From Candidatus Omnitrophota bacterium (lineage in GTDB: Bacteria > Omnitrophota > Gorgyraeia > Zapsychrales > Fredricksoniimonadaceae), in contig CAIOPG010000014.1 in the NCBI GenBank assembly GCA_903860135.1, forward strand, positions 23,180 through 87,179: a stretch of DNA of 64,000 bases. The letters run 5' to 3'. The number at the start of each line of letters is the position of its first letter. Position 1 is the first letter of the stretch. A program made the translations under genes and the position numbers. Of the stretch, positions 39,507 to 48,931 are shown piece by piece. Under the pieces are notes generated by a model. The model made no database searches, was not told the origin of the DNA, and saw nothing but the letters and a program-made list of their open reading frames with translations.

Positions 39507-40438
39507 TATACGGCACTCGCCCTGACGGCCTGCGCCACAAGATCAATCGCTTTTTGCGCCCCTTCGGTCGGCAACACCACCGTTCCGCCCGCAGGGCACA
39601 CACACCAGCCCTTGGCCGTATGGATCACCACGATCCAGATGTGCTGGGCACGATCGTCCTCGCTCACAACCGCATCAACCACCGCCTTCCTGATCCTGGG
39701 GTCATACAGCCATTCACCGAACTTGATGGTCAAGGGACCCCATACATTCTCCAGCTGGACATTCAGGCAATCCGCCTGATCGATAAAATATGTCTTCATC
39801 GCGTAAACTCCTGGTTGCGGGAACTCCTGATGCGCTGCTTGTGTCAATGCCATTTCAAAAAACTCGCTCTGCCCCGCCGCCGACCATTTGCGCTCAAACT
39901 TGGTATCAAACGTGGGCGGGATGATCCGCGTGTTCAGGTCAAACCCGGAGCCGGGAATATTCTCAGCGATCCACGCCGCATACGGCGCGTGATCTGTGAC
40001 AATATAAAGCTCAGCGCCATCAACCAGGCGATTGTTGACAAGCCGCAGGAAACCCGTTGAGAACAGACGATGGCGGGCATGATGCTTCTTTGGCCAGGGG
40101 CAAGGGAAAAGGCAATGCACACGTGCCAGGGAGCGTGCCGTTAAGAGATACTGCAGTGCCCAGACAACATCCATGCGCATCACCCGCACATTGGTCAGCC
40201 GGGCTTCGTGGATCTTTCTCAATGTTTTGATCACCCGCCGGGCGCACTGCTCAAATCCCAGAAAATTCTTCTCCGGTGCTGCGGCTGCCATGCGCACCAG
40301 GTATTCTCCCGTACCAAAACCAATCTCAACTTCGAGTGGTGCCTGCCGCCCGAAAATGGCGGCCGGGTCAAATGGAAAAAGCCGGGGTTCCAGCGGCAAG
40401 AAAGCCGCCAGTGAACCATACGCATAATTATTTTTCAT
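39506..40438 (-). CDS. trmB: tRNA (guanine46-N7)-methyltransferase TrmB with an extra ~100-aa C-terminal domain
   Basis: SAM-binding EIGFGTGEYL core in the first ~210 aa. About 100 additional residues follow. Confidence 0.75.
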   Translation of the reverse strand: MKNNYAYGSLAAFLPLEPRLFPFDPAAIFGRQAPLEVEIGFGTGEYLVRMAAAAPEKNFLGFEQCARRVIKTLRKIHEARLTNVRVMRMDVVWALQYLLTARSLARVHCLFPCPWPKKHHARHRLFSTGFLRLVNNRLVDGAELYIVTDHAPYAAWIAENIPGSGFDLNTRIIPPTFDTKFERKWSAAGQSEFFEMALTQAAHQEFPQPGVYAMKTYFIDQADCLNVQLENVWGPLTIKFGEWLYDPRIRKAVVDAVVSEDDRAQHIWIVVIHTAKGWCVCPAGGTVVLPTEGAQKAIDLVAQAVRASAV

Positions 40439-40835
40439 TGGCCATGATACCCGCCAGCCCGTCGCGCCCCTTGGCCGTCAAGATCCCGTCTTTGTATACC
40501 ACCGGGAACAAAATATCTAAGTCCACCGGCGTGCCCGGCGCGGGCTCACGGACGATGTAGCGATCCACCTGGTACGTCGTTCCCTTGACCGTGATAAGTT
40601 CCGCCGAATAAAGATTCTGCGCCTTGACCGGCTTGAAAACACCTGAAGCCGGATCCGCCTCATAACCAACAACAACCTGCGCGGCCATAACAGCCACCGC
40701 TTCAGCGCGCGTCATGCCGGGCGTAAGCTGCTCTTGCGGCAGGGCAATGACAGGCGTCATCGCCACCGGTACTGATAACGTAGCGCAACCAGCACCAACA
40801 AAGACCAACAACATCAGCATAAGAAATTTTCGCAT
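40428..40835 (-). CDS. Lipoprotein with SmpA/OmlA (BamE)-like domain
   Basis: Lipobox VGAGC. LTPGMTRAEAVAVM resembles the BamE motif. Confidence 0.5.
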   Translation of the reverse strand: MRKFLMLMLLVFVGAGCATLSVPVAMTPVIALPQEQLTPGMTRAEAVAVMAAQVVVGYEADPASGVFKPVKAQNLYSAELITVKGTTYQVDRYIVREPAPGTPVDLDILFPVVYKDGILTAKGRDGLAGIMANEK

Positions 40836-41044
40836 AAAAACCTCCTGATAGAGCCGAACTTTTTATTAAAGAAATACACCAGCCAATGCCACACTGGCAA
40901 TTTTTATTTATTGCTGGCGCGTATATTAACACCTGTCCCCAAGGATGTCCAGCACCCCGCCCTCATTCTGAACCCAGATTTCACAGGTTTGCATGGACGC
41001 GCCGGCCAGCGTTTGCTAGGATGCCTCCAACCTAAGGAGACACC

Positions 41045-41866
41045 ATGTTTGAACAGATCATTCTCGGCACCATCCAGGGCATCACGGAATGGATCCCTGT
41101 CAGTTCCAAGGCCTGCGTCATTGCGGCCAAAGTCTATCTCTTCCATAGCCAAAGCACTTACAATGACCTTATCAGCTACGCGCTTTTCCTGCATCTGGGG
41201 ACGCTCGGCGCGGCCATCATCTATTTTCGCAAAGACATCAGCCTTATTTTTGAATCTGTCATCCGGCCATCTGATAAAAATCAAGATAGCACCAAGATCC
41301 TGATGTTCCTGCTCATCACAACGGCCCTCACAGGGCTGGGCCTGATCCTGACCAGAAAAGTTGACGCGCTGACCCACGCCGCCCCCAACGCCAAGCTCGC
41401 CATCACCCTCGTCATCGGACTTGCCCTGATCATCGCCGGCATCCTTCAGCTAAAAACATCCTCCTCCGGCCGACGCACCCCGCGAGATCTGAACATTCTT
41501 GACGGCATCCTGCTGGGGTTAACCCAGGCCATCGCCACCCTGCCCGGCCTTTCCCGCGCCGGCACCACCATGGCCATGCTTTCCCTGCGCGGCTTTGAAA
41601 AAGAGAATATGCTCAAACTCAGCTTCCTCATGAGCATGCCCGTGATCTTCATCGGCAATATCGTGATGAATTATAAATCATTCCTCCATACCGGCGTGGA
41701 ATGGGTCGGCGCCCTCACCGCGTTTGCCGTCGGCATGCTCAGCATCAGTGCCCTGATGACCATCGCCCGGCGCGTCAACTTTGGCAAATTCCTGGTCTTC
41801 ATCGGGATCATCCTGATCGTCTCCGTAGCCGTCACCTTCTACAGCCCGATGAAATTCATCGATTGA
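41045..41866 (+). CDS. uppP: Undecaprenyl-diphosphatase
   Basis: GITEWIPVSSKA N-terminal motif and ...PGLSRAG... second motif. AAGGAGA Shine-Dalgarno. Confidence 0.9.
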   Translation: MFEQIILGTIQGITEWIPVSSKACVIAAKVYLFHSQSTYNDLISYALFLHLGTLGAAIIYFRKDISLIFESVIRPSDKNQDSTKILMFLLITTALTGLGLILTRKVDALTHAAPNAKLAITLVIGLALIIAGILQLKTSSSGRRTPRDLNILDGILLGLTQAIATLPGLSRAGTTMAMLSLRGFEKENMLKLSFLMSMPVIFIGNIVMNYKSFLHTGVEWVGALTAFAVGMLSISALMTIARRVNFGKFLVFIGIILIVSVAVTFYSPMKFID

Positions 41867-41885
41867 AATAATTTCCGAACTTCAA

Positions 41886-41923
41886 ATAAAAAGCCCCTCC
41901 AGGACACGAGGGGCTTTTTGTTG
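41886..41923 (+). terminator. Intrinsic terminator after uppP (AGCCCCTC-loop-GAGGGGCT followed by T5)
   Basis: GC hairpin with a T-run 25 nt after the uppP stop. Confidence 0.75.
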
Positions 41924-42049
41924 TTAATGAATTCTTAATATTTCATTAATACCTGCTTCATGACTTGCGCCTAGAATTAATGCGTAATAAATCGAACAGC
42001 CAACGCGGGTTATCTGAACCGCAACAACAATAGGAAAGGAGGTAAATGT

Positions 42050-42370
42050 ATGCGTAAAATAATTTTGACATCCCTAGCCCTCATCGCCGGTTTATCCATA
42101 GCAACGGCAAGTTTTGCGGCAACACCCAAGAAAACCGTAGCTGCCCCTAAGCATGAAGCCGTCAATACAGTCAAAGGCAAGATCACGGCCGTTAACACTG
42201 CTGCCAATCAGGTCACCATCGAACAGGATGGATCAAAGGTCGCTGTCACGATCACAACCAGCGATGCTGCTTTTTTAAAAGAAGGCCAGCATGTGAAAAT
42301 CACGCTTAAAGCCGGCACCACCGATCAGGCCGAAAGCGTTAAGGTCATTACCCACAAAAAGAAGAAATAA
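42050..42370 (+). CDS. Small secreted protein, paralogue 1 (beta-rich, OB/CusF-like size; function unknown)
   Basis: Signal peptide (...ASFA-ATP) and a good Shine-Dalgarno (GGAAAGGAGG). Shares the G-K-I-x-A-V...V-x-I...DG...K-x-x-V... pattern with the next ORF. Confidence 0.6.
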   Translation: MRKIILTSLALIAGLSIATASFAATPKKTVAAPKHEAVNTVKGKITAVNTAANQVTIEQDGSKVAVTITTSDAAFLKEGQHVKITLKAGTTDQAESVKVITHKKKK

Positions 42371-42388
42371 CAACGAAAGGACATCATC

Positions 42389-42745
42389 ATGAAACGTTAT
42401 ATCTTATCGGCAGCCATTGTTCTTGTCAGCGGAGGTTTTGCCTTTGCCCAGAACGCTGCCCCTGTTAAAACAACTGCCCCGGCTACTGCCCTAAAGTCTG
42501 TGGCTGGAAAGATCAAGGCTGTCACCGAAGCGGATGCGGCCAAAGGTACAAAATCTGAAATCATCATCATCGGTGTTGATGGCGTTGAAAAAGCCTTCCT
42601 TGTCAAAGCCAGAACCACCATCTATGACATTGCCGGCAAAGCCCTAACACTGAAGGATCTTAAGGCGGATGAACAAGTTTCTGTTAAATTCAAAACATCA
42701 GCTGAAGGGGTGCTCGAAGCCCTTGCGGTTTATCAAACAAAATAA
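42389..42745 (+). CDS. Small secreted protein, paralogue 2
   Basis: Signal peptide (...AFA-QNA). Same sequence pattern as paralogue 1. Confidence 0.6.
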   Translation: MKRYILSAAIVLVSGGFAFAQNAAPVKTTAPATALKSVAGKIKAVTEADAAKGTKSEIIIIGVDGVEKAFLVKARTTIYDIAGKALTLKDLKADEQVSVKFKTSAEGVLEALAVYQTK

Positions 42746-42773
42746 GATCATCTTTAATGTTAAGGGTACAAAC

Positions 42774-42803
42774 GGGAGCCAGCTATTGGCTCCCGTCTTT
42801 TAT
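42774..42803. terminator. Bidirectional terminator hairpin (GGGAGCCA-loop-TGGCTCCC + T-run) between the convergent secreted-protein genes and the histidine kinase gene
   Basis: Perfect 8-bp stem immediately after the 42745 stop and overlapping the 42800 stop. Confidence 0.6.
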
Positions 42804-44278
42804 CCATGCAAAGGAAGCTGTATCGACAACACCGTCCCGCCTTGGGACGGACACGCGATCGAAATGCGCCCATGATGCGCAACCACGATCGATTTGACCA
42901 AGCTTAACCCCAAACCAAACCCTTTTTCCTTAATGCCCGGACCATCGGCCCTGTAAAAACGCTCAAATACATGCGGAATATCTTTATCAGCAATACCGAT
43001 ACCGGTATCCTTGATCTCTAGGCATGCCATAGCCCCATGGCTTCCGATAGAAAGGCTTACCGCTCCTCCGACCGGTGTATATTTCACCGCATTATCCAGA
43101 AGGTTCAGTAAAAGATTCTTGATCTGAGCCTCATCAGCCTCAATTTCCACAGGCATTGCCGCACGGCAATCCATGACAATATGCTTTTCATCAGCCAACA
43201 CGCGAATATCCTCCATCACACGCTGGGCGGTTTCATGAAGATCGAACCTCCCAATTTGCAAGGCCACCTCATGGTTATCAAACCGCGCCAGGACCAGCAG
43301 TGTCTCAACGATCCGGGTCATGCGCGCGATCTGCTCAAGGCTGTCCTGCAGGATCTTTTCATACCGTTGCTGATCCCTCGCTTTCTTGAGCGCGACTTCC
43401 ATGCTGCCCCGCATGATCGTCAGCGGCGTCTTGATCTCGTGCGAAATATCTTGAATGAACCGCTGGCGAGCAAGAAAATCATCGTTGACCCGATCAAGCA
43501 TCGCATTAAAAGTTGTAGCAAGGCGTTCGATCTCATCGCCGGTCGCAGGCACATCGATATGCGTTCGCAAATTCTTCGACGTGATCCTGTTGATCGCTAC
43601 GATCATCCGGGAAATCGGATCGAATGACACCCCGGCCAAGAAAACGCCGACGATCCCGATCACGAGGATAACAAGCGGCAAAACACAAAAAAGAATGACC
43701 TTCAGCTGAACAAGATGGGCCATGACATCAGACAAAGGCGTGATCAAACGTATGGTGTAGGCAATCTGCCCACTTTCGTGTACCGGAATAATGAATGACC
43801 GCATATTGACTTGCTGACCTGGGCGCGTAGCAATATGGACATCCTCAAATCGCCCGTCAATCGGCACGCGCAAGCCCGGCGATAACGGTACGATCCCGGG
43901 CCATTTAGCGGCATCAGCGGAAGACACCAGCAAGGTTCCTTGACCGTCAAAGATCTGGACAATAATATTCAACAGCTCAGGCTTATCAGACTCTACCTCG
44001 ACCCAGTGCCGGGCAATCCTGGTAAAATTGATATTGTTGATCTTACTGAAAGCGCCGGGATGCACCCCCTTGTCGAGTGCTTCCTGTTTTTCTATTTCCC
44101 AATAAGTTTCAACGGACGCTCTTATGCCGGTAGCACGCGACATCAGGAGATCATCCAGGTTTCGATAGAGGTTCCACTTTAAGGATTTATACGCGAGGGT
44201 GCCGCAAACAACAAGCGCCAGCGTCAAAAGGATGGCGTTCCAAAATACAATCTTAAAACGTATCGAACGAAAGATCAT
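42800..44278 (-). CDS. Sensor histidine kinase (2 TM, HAMP, HisKA, HATPase_c)
   Basis: H-box ISHEIKTPLT; N and G boxes (LLDNAVKYT, GFGLGLSLV). Confidence 0.85.
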   Translation of the reverse strand: MIFRSIRFKIVFWNAILLTLALVVCGTLAYKSLKWNLYRNLDDLLMSRATGIRASVETYWEIEKQEALDKGVHPGAFSKINNINFTRIARHWVEVESDKPELLNIIVQIFDGQGTLLVSSADAAKWPGIVPLSPGLRVPIDGRFEDVHIATRPGQQVNMRSFIIPVHESGQIAYTIRLITPLSDVMAHLVQLKVILFCVLPLVILVIGIVGVFLAGVSFDPISRMIVAINRITSKNLRTHIDVPATGDEIERLATTFNAMLDRVNDDFLARQRFIQDISHEIKTPLTIMRGSMEVALKKARDQQRYEKILQDSLEQIARMTRIVETLLVLARFDNHEVALQIGRFDLHETAQRVMEDIRVLADEKHIVMDCRAAMPVEIEADEAQIKNLLLNLLDNAVKYTPVGGAVSLSIGSHGAMACLEIKDTGIGIADKDIPHVFERFYRADGPGIKEKGFGLGLSLVKSIVVAHHGRISIACPSQGGTVLSIQLPLHG

Positions 44279-44279
44279 A

Positions 44280-44948
44280 TCAAGCCCTGATCATATAGCC
44301 CCGACCATGGAGCGTTGAGATAAGTTTACGGGAATGATCCCTGTCAATCTTCCGGCGAAGATGATTGATAAACACATCGATGACATTGGTGTCCGTCTTG
44401 TAATTGATATCCCATACATGCTCGATGATCATCGATCGGGAAAGAACACGCCCGGGATTACGCATCAGGTATTCAAGCAAGGCAATTTCCCGCGTGGTCA
44501 ATAGAATCTCCGTGTCCGCTCGCCTGACAGCATGCGTTTGCAGATCCAGGGAAAGATCTCCGACCGTCAGCGTATTGGTCACAAGATTATCTTTCTTGCG
44601 GAGCTGGGCACGGATACGGGCCAAGAGTTCCTCGAACGCAAATGGCTTGGTCAAATAATCGTCCGCGCCCGCATCCAATCCGGCCACCTTGTTCTTGACC
44701 CCCATTTTCGCCGTCAGCATGATAACCGGAACCCGCAGCCCCTCATCGCGCCATCGCCGGCAAAGGGTGACGCCATCGATCTTGGGGATCATCAGGTCAA
44801 GGATAACAAGATCATACTCATTGGTCGTTGCCAGAAAATACCCCTCTTCCCCGTCAGCCGCCTGATCAACGGCAAACCCCTCCTCCTGAAGCCCGTCGCG
44901 CAGGAATTCCGATATTTTTTCTTCGTCTTCAATGATAAGGATCCGCAT
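44280..44948 (-). CDS. OmpR-family response regulator
   Basis: Receiver (ILIIEDEE...DLVILDLMIP) plus winged-helix output (...LHGRGYMIRA). Confidence 0.9.
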   Translation of the reverse strand: MRILIIEDEEKISEFLRDGLQEEGFAVDQAADGEEGYFLATTNEYDLVILDLMIPKIDGVTLCRRWRDEGLRVPVIMLTAKMGVKNKVAGLDAGADDYLTKPFAFEELLARIRAQLRKKDNLVTNTLTVGDLSLDLQTHAVRRADTEILLTTREIALLEYLMRNPGRVLSRSMIIEHVWDINYKTDTNVIDVFINHLRRKIDRDHSRKLISTLHGRGYMIRA

Positions 44949-45146
44949 AATGTTTTTCTTTCTGTCCCAATCTCTTCAATATATCACACCGTCATCTTTT
45001 CTTTGCGCCTATCCACATCCTCACCCAACTCAGCCTCTATCTCTTCGATCGTCGGCAGGCTTGATTGCAATTCTTTGGGCAAGCTTCTGGTTATTTGTGT
45101 TTCCCATTGCGCCACACCCATGGGTTTTGACAGCGTCAGCACAATT

Positions 45147-45668
45147 TTATCCTGTCTTTTTAAGCGATTCTTGATATATTTTCTCCAACTCCGGGTCAGG
45201 CCCTGTGTATTCATAAATCTTTCTTACGCGTTTTGTGGGCCCAGCGTTGCAATCTCCCTCTTGATGAACATACATATCAACGATCACATTGCCGTCTTTT
45301 TCTGTAACCGAATTGACTTCTGCCCAAACATCCAGCCCCAACGATGCTTTATGAATCAATTTTTTACCGTCATTAATTAGAAATGCCAGTTCATACAAGT
45401 CAGCGTTGCCACCCGTGTTCTCACTGATAATAACGGCGGCATCTTTGAGTCCATCATGGTTGAAATCGCCATAAACATACTTGTTTTCATAGCAAACGCC
45501 AAGATTCTCATCTTGAAAAACGCCATTCACCAAGGTAGCCACCTGAGTATCAGACTCATCCGCAAAAAAATACGTCCTATTCCCGAATCGCTTAAACGCC
45601 TCATCTGAAGCGCATCCGGTAAGGACAAAACAACCGATCACTAATATGAGCCCAAGGATTATTCGCAT
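45147..45668 (-). CDS. Lipoprotein, hypothetical
   Basis: MRIILGLILVIGCFVLTGC lipobox. Low-GC DNA. Confidence 0.45.
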   Translation of the reverse strand: MRIILGLILVIGCFVLTGCASDEAFKRFGNRTYFFADESDTQVATLVNGVFQDENLGVCYENKYVYGDFNHDGLKDAAVIISENTGGNADLYELAFLINDGKKLIHKASLGLDVWAEVNSVTEKDGNVIVDMYVHQEGDCNAGPTKRVRKIYEYTGPDPELEKIYQESLKKTG

Positions 45669-46330
45669 ATAAAAATATGATGATGGTCTTTTGTGATCCA
45701 GTGTCCCTTGGTGCATTGGATCTTGGGTTTGAAAACTTTTCTATCTTTAGCGCTGGCATCAGCCGGAGATTTCTTTACAAACTCATCCTGATACCGCAGG
45801 GTCTTTGTGACGTAGTTTTTAATCTCGATAATTCTTTCTGCTTTAACCCCGGCTGCTTTCAAAAAGGTTTTAACATCATCCCAAAAAGCCGAATTCTTTC
45901 CGGCCTTTTGCGTGAGTTGTTGAGCTTTGGCAATAGGTGTGGGGCCAGCGTTATATGCGGCAAGATCAAATTTCTCACGTTCAACAAGATCAGCCACCGG
46001 GACTGTGCGTACTTTTGCTGTCAGGATCGTTTCTTTGGAGAATCCATAATCAATATCAAAACGCTGGTCGTTTGCTTTAGACACAGTTAAACCGTATCGT
46101 TCCGCCGTTACTTTGTCAAAATGGAATTCTCCGGCAGCCTTGATAGTACCTCGGGTTCTTAATGAATCACCAAAGTTGCTTTCTTTCGCGTAAACAGCTT
46201 CCAATGTATGAACATCCAAAGCATCATTATGGTCAAAATAGGTGGAAGCATTCTCAAGAGCCTGACGAATATGCTCGTTTTTATTTTCCCGGTCAATCCA
46301 AATGTCAACATCGCTTGGTTTCTTGGGCAT
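45659..46330 (-). CDS. Lytic transglycosylase (SLT-domain)-like protein
   Basis: EAVYAKESNFGD...AAGEFHF resembles the SLT catalytic ES-x-F and AxG[LM]MQ motifs. Low GC. Confidence 0.5.
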   Translation of the reverse strand: MPKKPSDVDIWIDRENKNEHIRQALENASTYFDHNDALDVHTLEAVYAKESNFGDSLRTRGTIKAAGEFHFDKVTAERYGLTVSKANDQRFDIDYGFSKETILTAKVRTVPVADLVEREKFDLAAYNAGPTPIAKAQQLTQKAGKNSAFWDDVKTFLKAAGVKAERIIEIKNYVTKTLRYQDEFVKKSPADASAKDRKVFKPKIQCTKGHWITKDHHHIFICE

Positions 46331-46345
46331 AGAGGAAATCCTTTC

Positions 46346-47077
46346 TTATTTAAGAAGTCTTAGATAATCCATCTGCGTTTCCAGAACAGCCCGGGCGATC
46401 AATGTAATGAAGTCTTTGTCGTCAGTGTGCGCCTTTTCCAGCGAAGCGATGTAATCCCGGCGAATAACTGGTGGAATAATGACGATGTTGTAACCTTCCT
46501 GAACTAACAGCAAATTCGTGAGGAAGCGGGCCACGCGGCCATTGCCATCCACAAACGGATGAATGAATACAAACTCCTTATGCGCCAGCGCGGCCACCTC
46601 CACCGGATGCTTGTCCTTGCGCCATTTCTTGATCTTGGGCATAAGACCCTTCATGAGCGCTGGGATCTGGTCTGGCGTTGGGAGCGGATACTTTGAGCCG
46701 GTGATCAGGGCCCGGACCTTCCGATAAACGCCAGCATTCTTCTCATCGATCCGCTTGTAGAACAACTTGTGAAGGTTCTTGATATCGCCCTCTCCAACGC
46801 TCTTGGCCTTGGCGAGAGTGTACAGGAAATCATAAGCCTCAGCATGGCCGAGGGCTTCGTAATGGTCCTTGAGCGGCTTGCCACCGATCGTGATACCGTC
46901 CTCAAGGATGACCTTGGTTTCGGTCTCGGTGAGGGAATTACCCTCAAGCGCATTACTGCTATAAGTAAGGCCAACCTTGTAATACGCCCGGATCTGCGTC
47001 ACCAGCTCCTTGGGCAAAGGACGCATGGCGTTGATTCGTTTTTGATGCTGGTCTATGTCGTTAAAAATGTTATTCAT
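46346..47077 (-). CDS. Fic-family protein (AMPylator / Doc-like)
   Basis: Canonical Fic motif HPFVDGNGRVARFL. Confidence 0.85.
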   Translation of the reverse strand: MNNIFNDIDQHQKRINAMRPLPKELVTQIRAYYKVGLTYSSNALEGNSLTETETKVILEDGITIGGKPLKDHYEALGHAEAYDFLYTLAKAKSVGEGDIKNLHKLFYKRIDEKNAGVYRKVRALITGSKYPLPTPDQIPALMKGLMPKIKKWRKDKHPVEVAALAHKEFVFIHPFVDGNGRVARFLTNLLLVQEGYNIVIIPPVIRRDYIASLEKAHTDDKDFITLIARAVLETQMDYLRLLK

Positions 47078-47111
47078 ATCTCTTCTCCTAAATGTCTTTA
47101 ATGCCCCCAGC

Positions 47112-47651
47112 TTAAAACCGCTTTAAGCAATTACGACACATGGTTTGCCGCTTATCCTTAATTGGCTCGCCACAATGGGGGCAGAGTCCTGTTGAATCAG
47201 AAGACTTTTCACTTGCGTTTGATTCTACATTTACGCCAAAACGCGCTGAACAGTGTTTGCAGACCGCCGCCGATTGTGGGACAACGGATTGACACTGTGA
47301 GCATTTAAATGATGGCTTAGACCAAATATCGTTACTGCTAACAAACGCAATTATAATAGCAGCAATGCCGAAGGTGAAAGCTCCCAAAATAATAGCTAAT
47401 AAAAGGAATATAAACCCTTTGCCTACCTCTCCTTTTATCATATGCCCTGCGCCAGGAATAAAGAAAGAAATCAAAACGAGACCACATCCTGCGCGCTCTT
47501 CAATTTTATTAGCGCTTCTTTTTTCCGTTTCTGTCGAAGCTACTTGTTTCACCTCAAGGGGCTCTTTTGGTTTATTTAACATCTCTCCACAGTATCTACA
47601 CTTTATCGCCTCATCTTGAATTTCTTCAGCACACATTGGACACTTTTTCAT
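47112..47651 (-). CDS. Membrane protein with an N-terminal zinc ribbon, a TM2-like domain and C-terminal zinc ribbons
   Basis: Start [10 protein letters not shown] is preceded by a GGAGGG Shine-Dalgarno. CPMC...CRYCGE and later CSQC...CKHC / CPHCGE...CRNC cysteine pairs. Two TM helices with a GxGHxxxG TM2-like signature. Confidence 0.5.
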   Translation of the reverse strand: MKKCPMCAEEIQDEAIKCRYCGEMLNKPKEPLEVKQVASTETEKRSANKIEERAGCGLVLISFFIPGAGHMIKGEVGKGFIFLLLAIILGAFTFGIAAIIIAFVSSNDIWSKPSFKCSQCQSVVPQSAAVCKHCSARFGVNVESNASEKSSDSTGLCPHCGEPIKDKRQTMCRNCLKRF

Positions 47652-47695
47652 AATCCCTCCATTACGTTGGTTCTTAGGGTTTCGTTTTTCAATTT

Positions 47696-48421
47696 TTAAA
47701 ATAAGAAACTGAGACAATTCTCAATCTTTGAATCAACTGCATTTTTAAAGTTCTTCGTTTTGCCGAGCATACAGATGTTTTCAATTGAGCCTATGTTTAA
47801 TATGAATGGTTCGTCATTTTCTTGAGCGGTTTGAATAGCTAGCCGCCATTCCCTCTGGTGAGCATATTGAAGGGTTTTTCTGAATGGGCCAACTTCTCCG
47901 TCGTAAGAGTCCTCGTCAAAATAACGCACTCTGCGGGCGTCAGACGTTTCAATTTTACTATCGAGATGCAAATTCTTTAAAGAACAGCTTAATTTCCTAA
48001 AGAAACCTTTGATGTCCATGATGACGATAAAAGCGTCTCCAAAGTCCTTAATTCTATGATCAAATATCTCATCCGTTTTTACCTCGTCGTTATTCCAAAG
48101 AGCAGAAGCGCAGAAAATCTTTGTCTTCTTGTCAAAAAAAGCTACGGTTGCGTTTAATGTTCCGCCTTCCCGAGACAATATACGATCAGCAATCAAGATT
48201 CTTGTTTTACTTGGATTAATGCAAAAGTGAACACCCTCATTCGTGTCCGTTCTTTCGTCATGCTTTTCACAAGCTTTAAAGTATTGCCATGAATTCATGT
48301 ACAATTTGCCCTGTTGTAGCATTCTCAAGTGTTCTTCTGCCCCAAACTTTATAAGAAATCGGGGAGGTATTCGTTCTGTAATAAACTCGTTACTAATAGA
48401 ATCTTTGATTTCAGAAATCAT
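47696..48421 (-). CDS. Hypothetical protein (241 aa), no family recognised
   Basis: AT-rich ORF in the island. Confidence 0.4.
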   Translation of the reverse strand: MISEIKDSISNEFITERIPPRFLIKFGAEEHLRMLQQGKLYMNSWQYFKACEKHDERTDTNEGVHFCINPSKTRILIADRILSREGGTLNATVAFFDKKTKIFCASALWNNDEVKTDEIFDHRIKDFGDAFIVIMDIKGFFRKLSCSLKNLHLDSKIETSDARRVRYFDEDSYDGEVGPFRKTLQYAHQREWRLAIQTAQENDEPFILNIGSIENICMLGKTKNFKNAVDSKIENCLSFLF

Positions 48422-48598
48422 TTATTCCCTTGTAGAATCTACCGTCTTTGTCTTTGCTGGCATTGACTGTGTCGATGGTTCGCAAGCAATATCATGGACC
48501 GGGGTGTCCCCGATCGGTAGAGGTCCTGCTTTCGAGCGGGACTTTCTACTTTATCCGACATTTATCAGACATTTTGCCGGGCTATCCGACAACGTCCT

Positions 48599-48826
48599 TT
48601 AATCTTCTCGTTCCTCTCCAACGATCACAACTGCCTTGACAGCCTGTTGATCTCTGGTATCGGCCTCTTCATGCCGACCGTAATACCATTCTTTGTTGGC
48701 GTCTTTTTGAAGCCGGATCTCCCGCGCACCGGTTACATCAGCGAACCCGCCTTCATAGCCGGGCACAACGATATTGGCGTCTGGAGGGAAAGTCGAAAGC
48801 TTTAGACTCAATTCTTTTACTGTCAT
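48599..48826 (-). CDS. Hypothetical small protein (75 aa)
   Basis: ORF only. Confidence 0.3.
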   Translation of the reverse strand: MTVKELSLKLSTFPPDANIVVPGYEGGFADVTGAREIRLQKDANKEWYYGRHEEADTRDQQAVKAVVIVGEERED

Positions 48827-48931
48827 GTTGTTATTCCCCGAATTTTAAAGTTGCCAACCATATCTTTCCGTGGCATATTTGGATTGCGGGACTAGGGCTT
48901 TCCTGGGCCCGTTTTTTTATCCGCCATCAAA

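Noticed and set aside
40904-41377. 157-aa minus-strand ORF
   Set aside because: It overlaps the uppP start region antisense. uppP has the diagnostic motifs and a Shine-Dalgarno.
42050-42745. CusF identity for the two small secreted proteins
   Set aside because: Size, signal peptide and adjacency to a two-component system fit CusF. The Cu(I)-binding His/Met/Met/Trp residues are absent, so they are reported only as paralogous secreted proteins of unknown function.
44984-45214. 76-aa minus-strand ORF at the left edge of the island
   Set aside because: No Shine-Dalgarno and no recognisable domain. It lies in the AT-rich junction where spurious ORFs are frequent. Left unannotated.
48422-48598. 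Possible small RNA or operator in the 177-bp spacer (GGACCGGGGTGTCCCCGATCGGTAGAGGTCC…; two TATCCGACA direct repeats)
   Set aside because: Short imperfect hairpins and 9-bp repeats only. Without covariation or expression data they are not distinguishable from chance in AT-rich island DNA.
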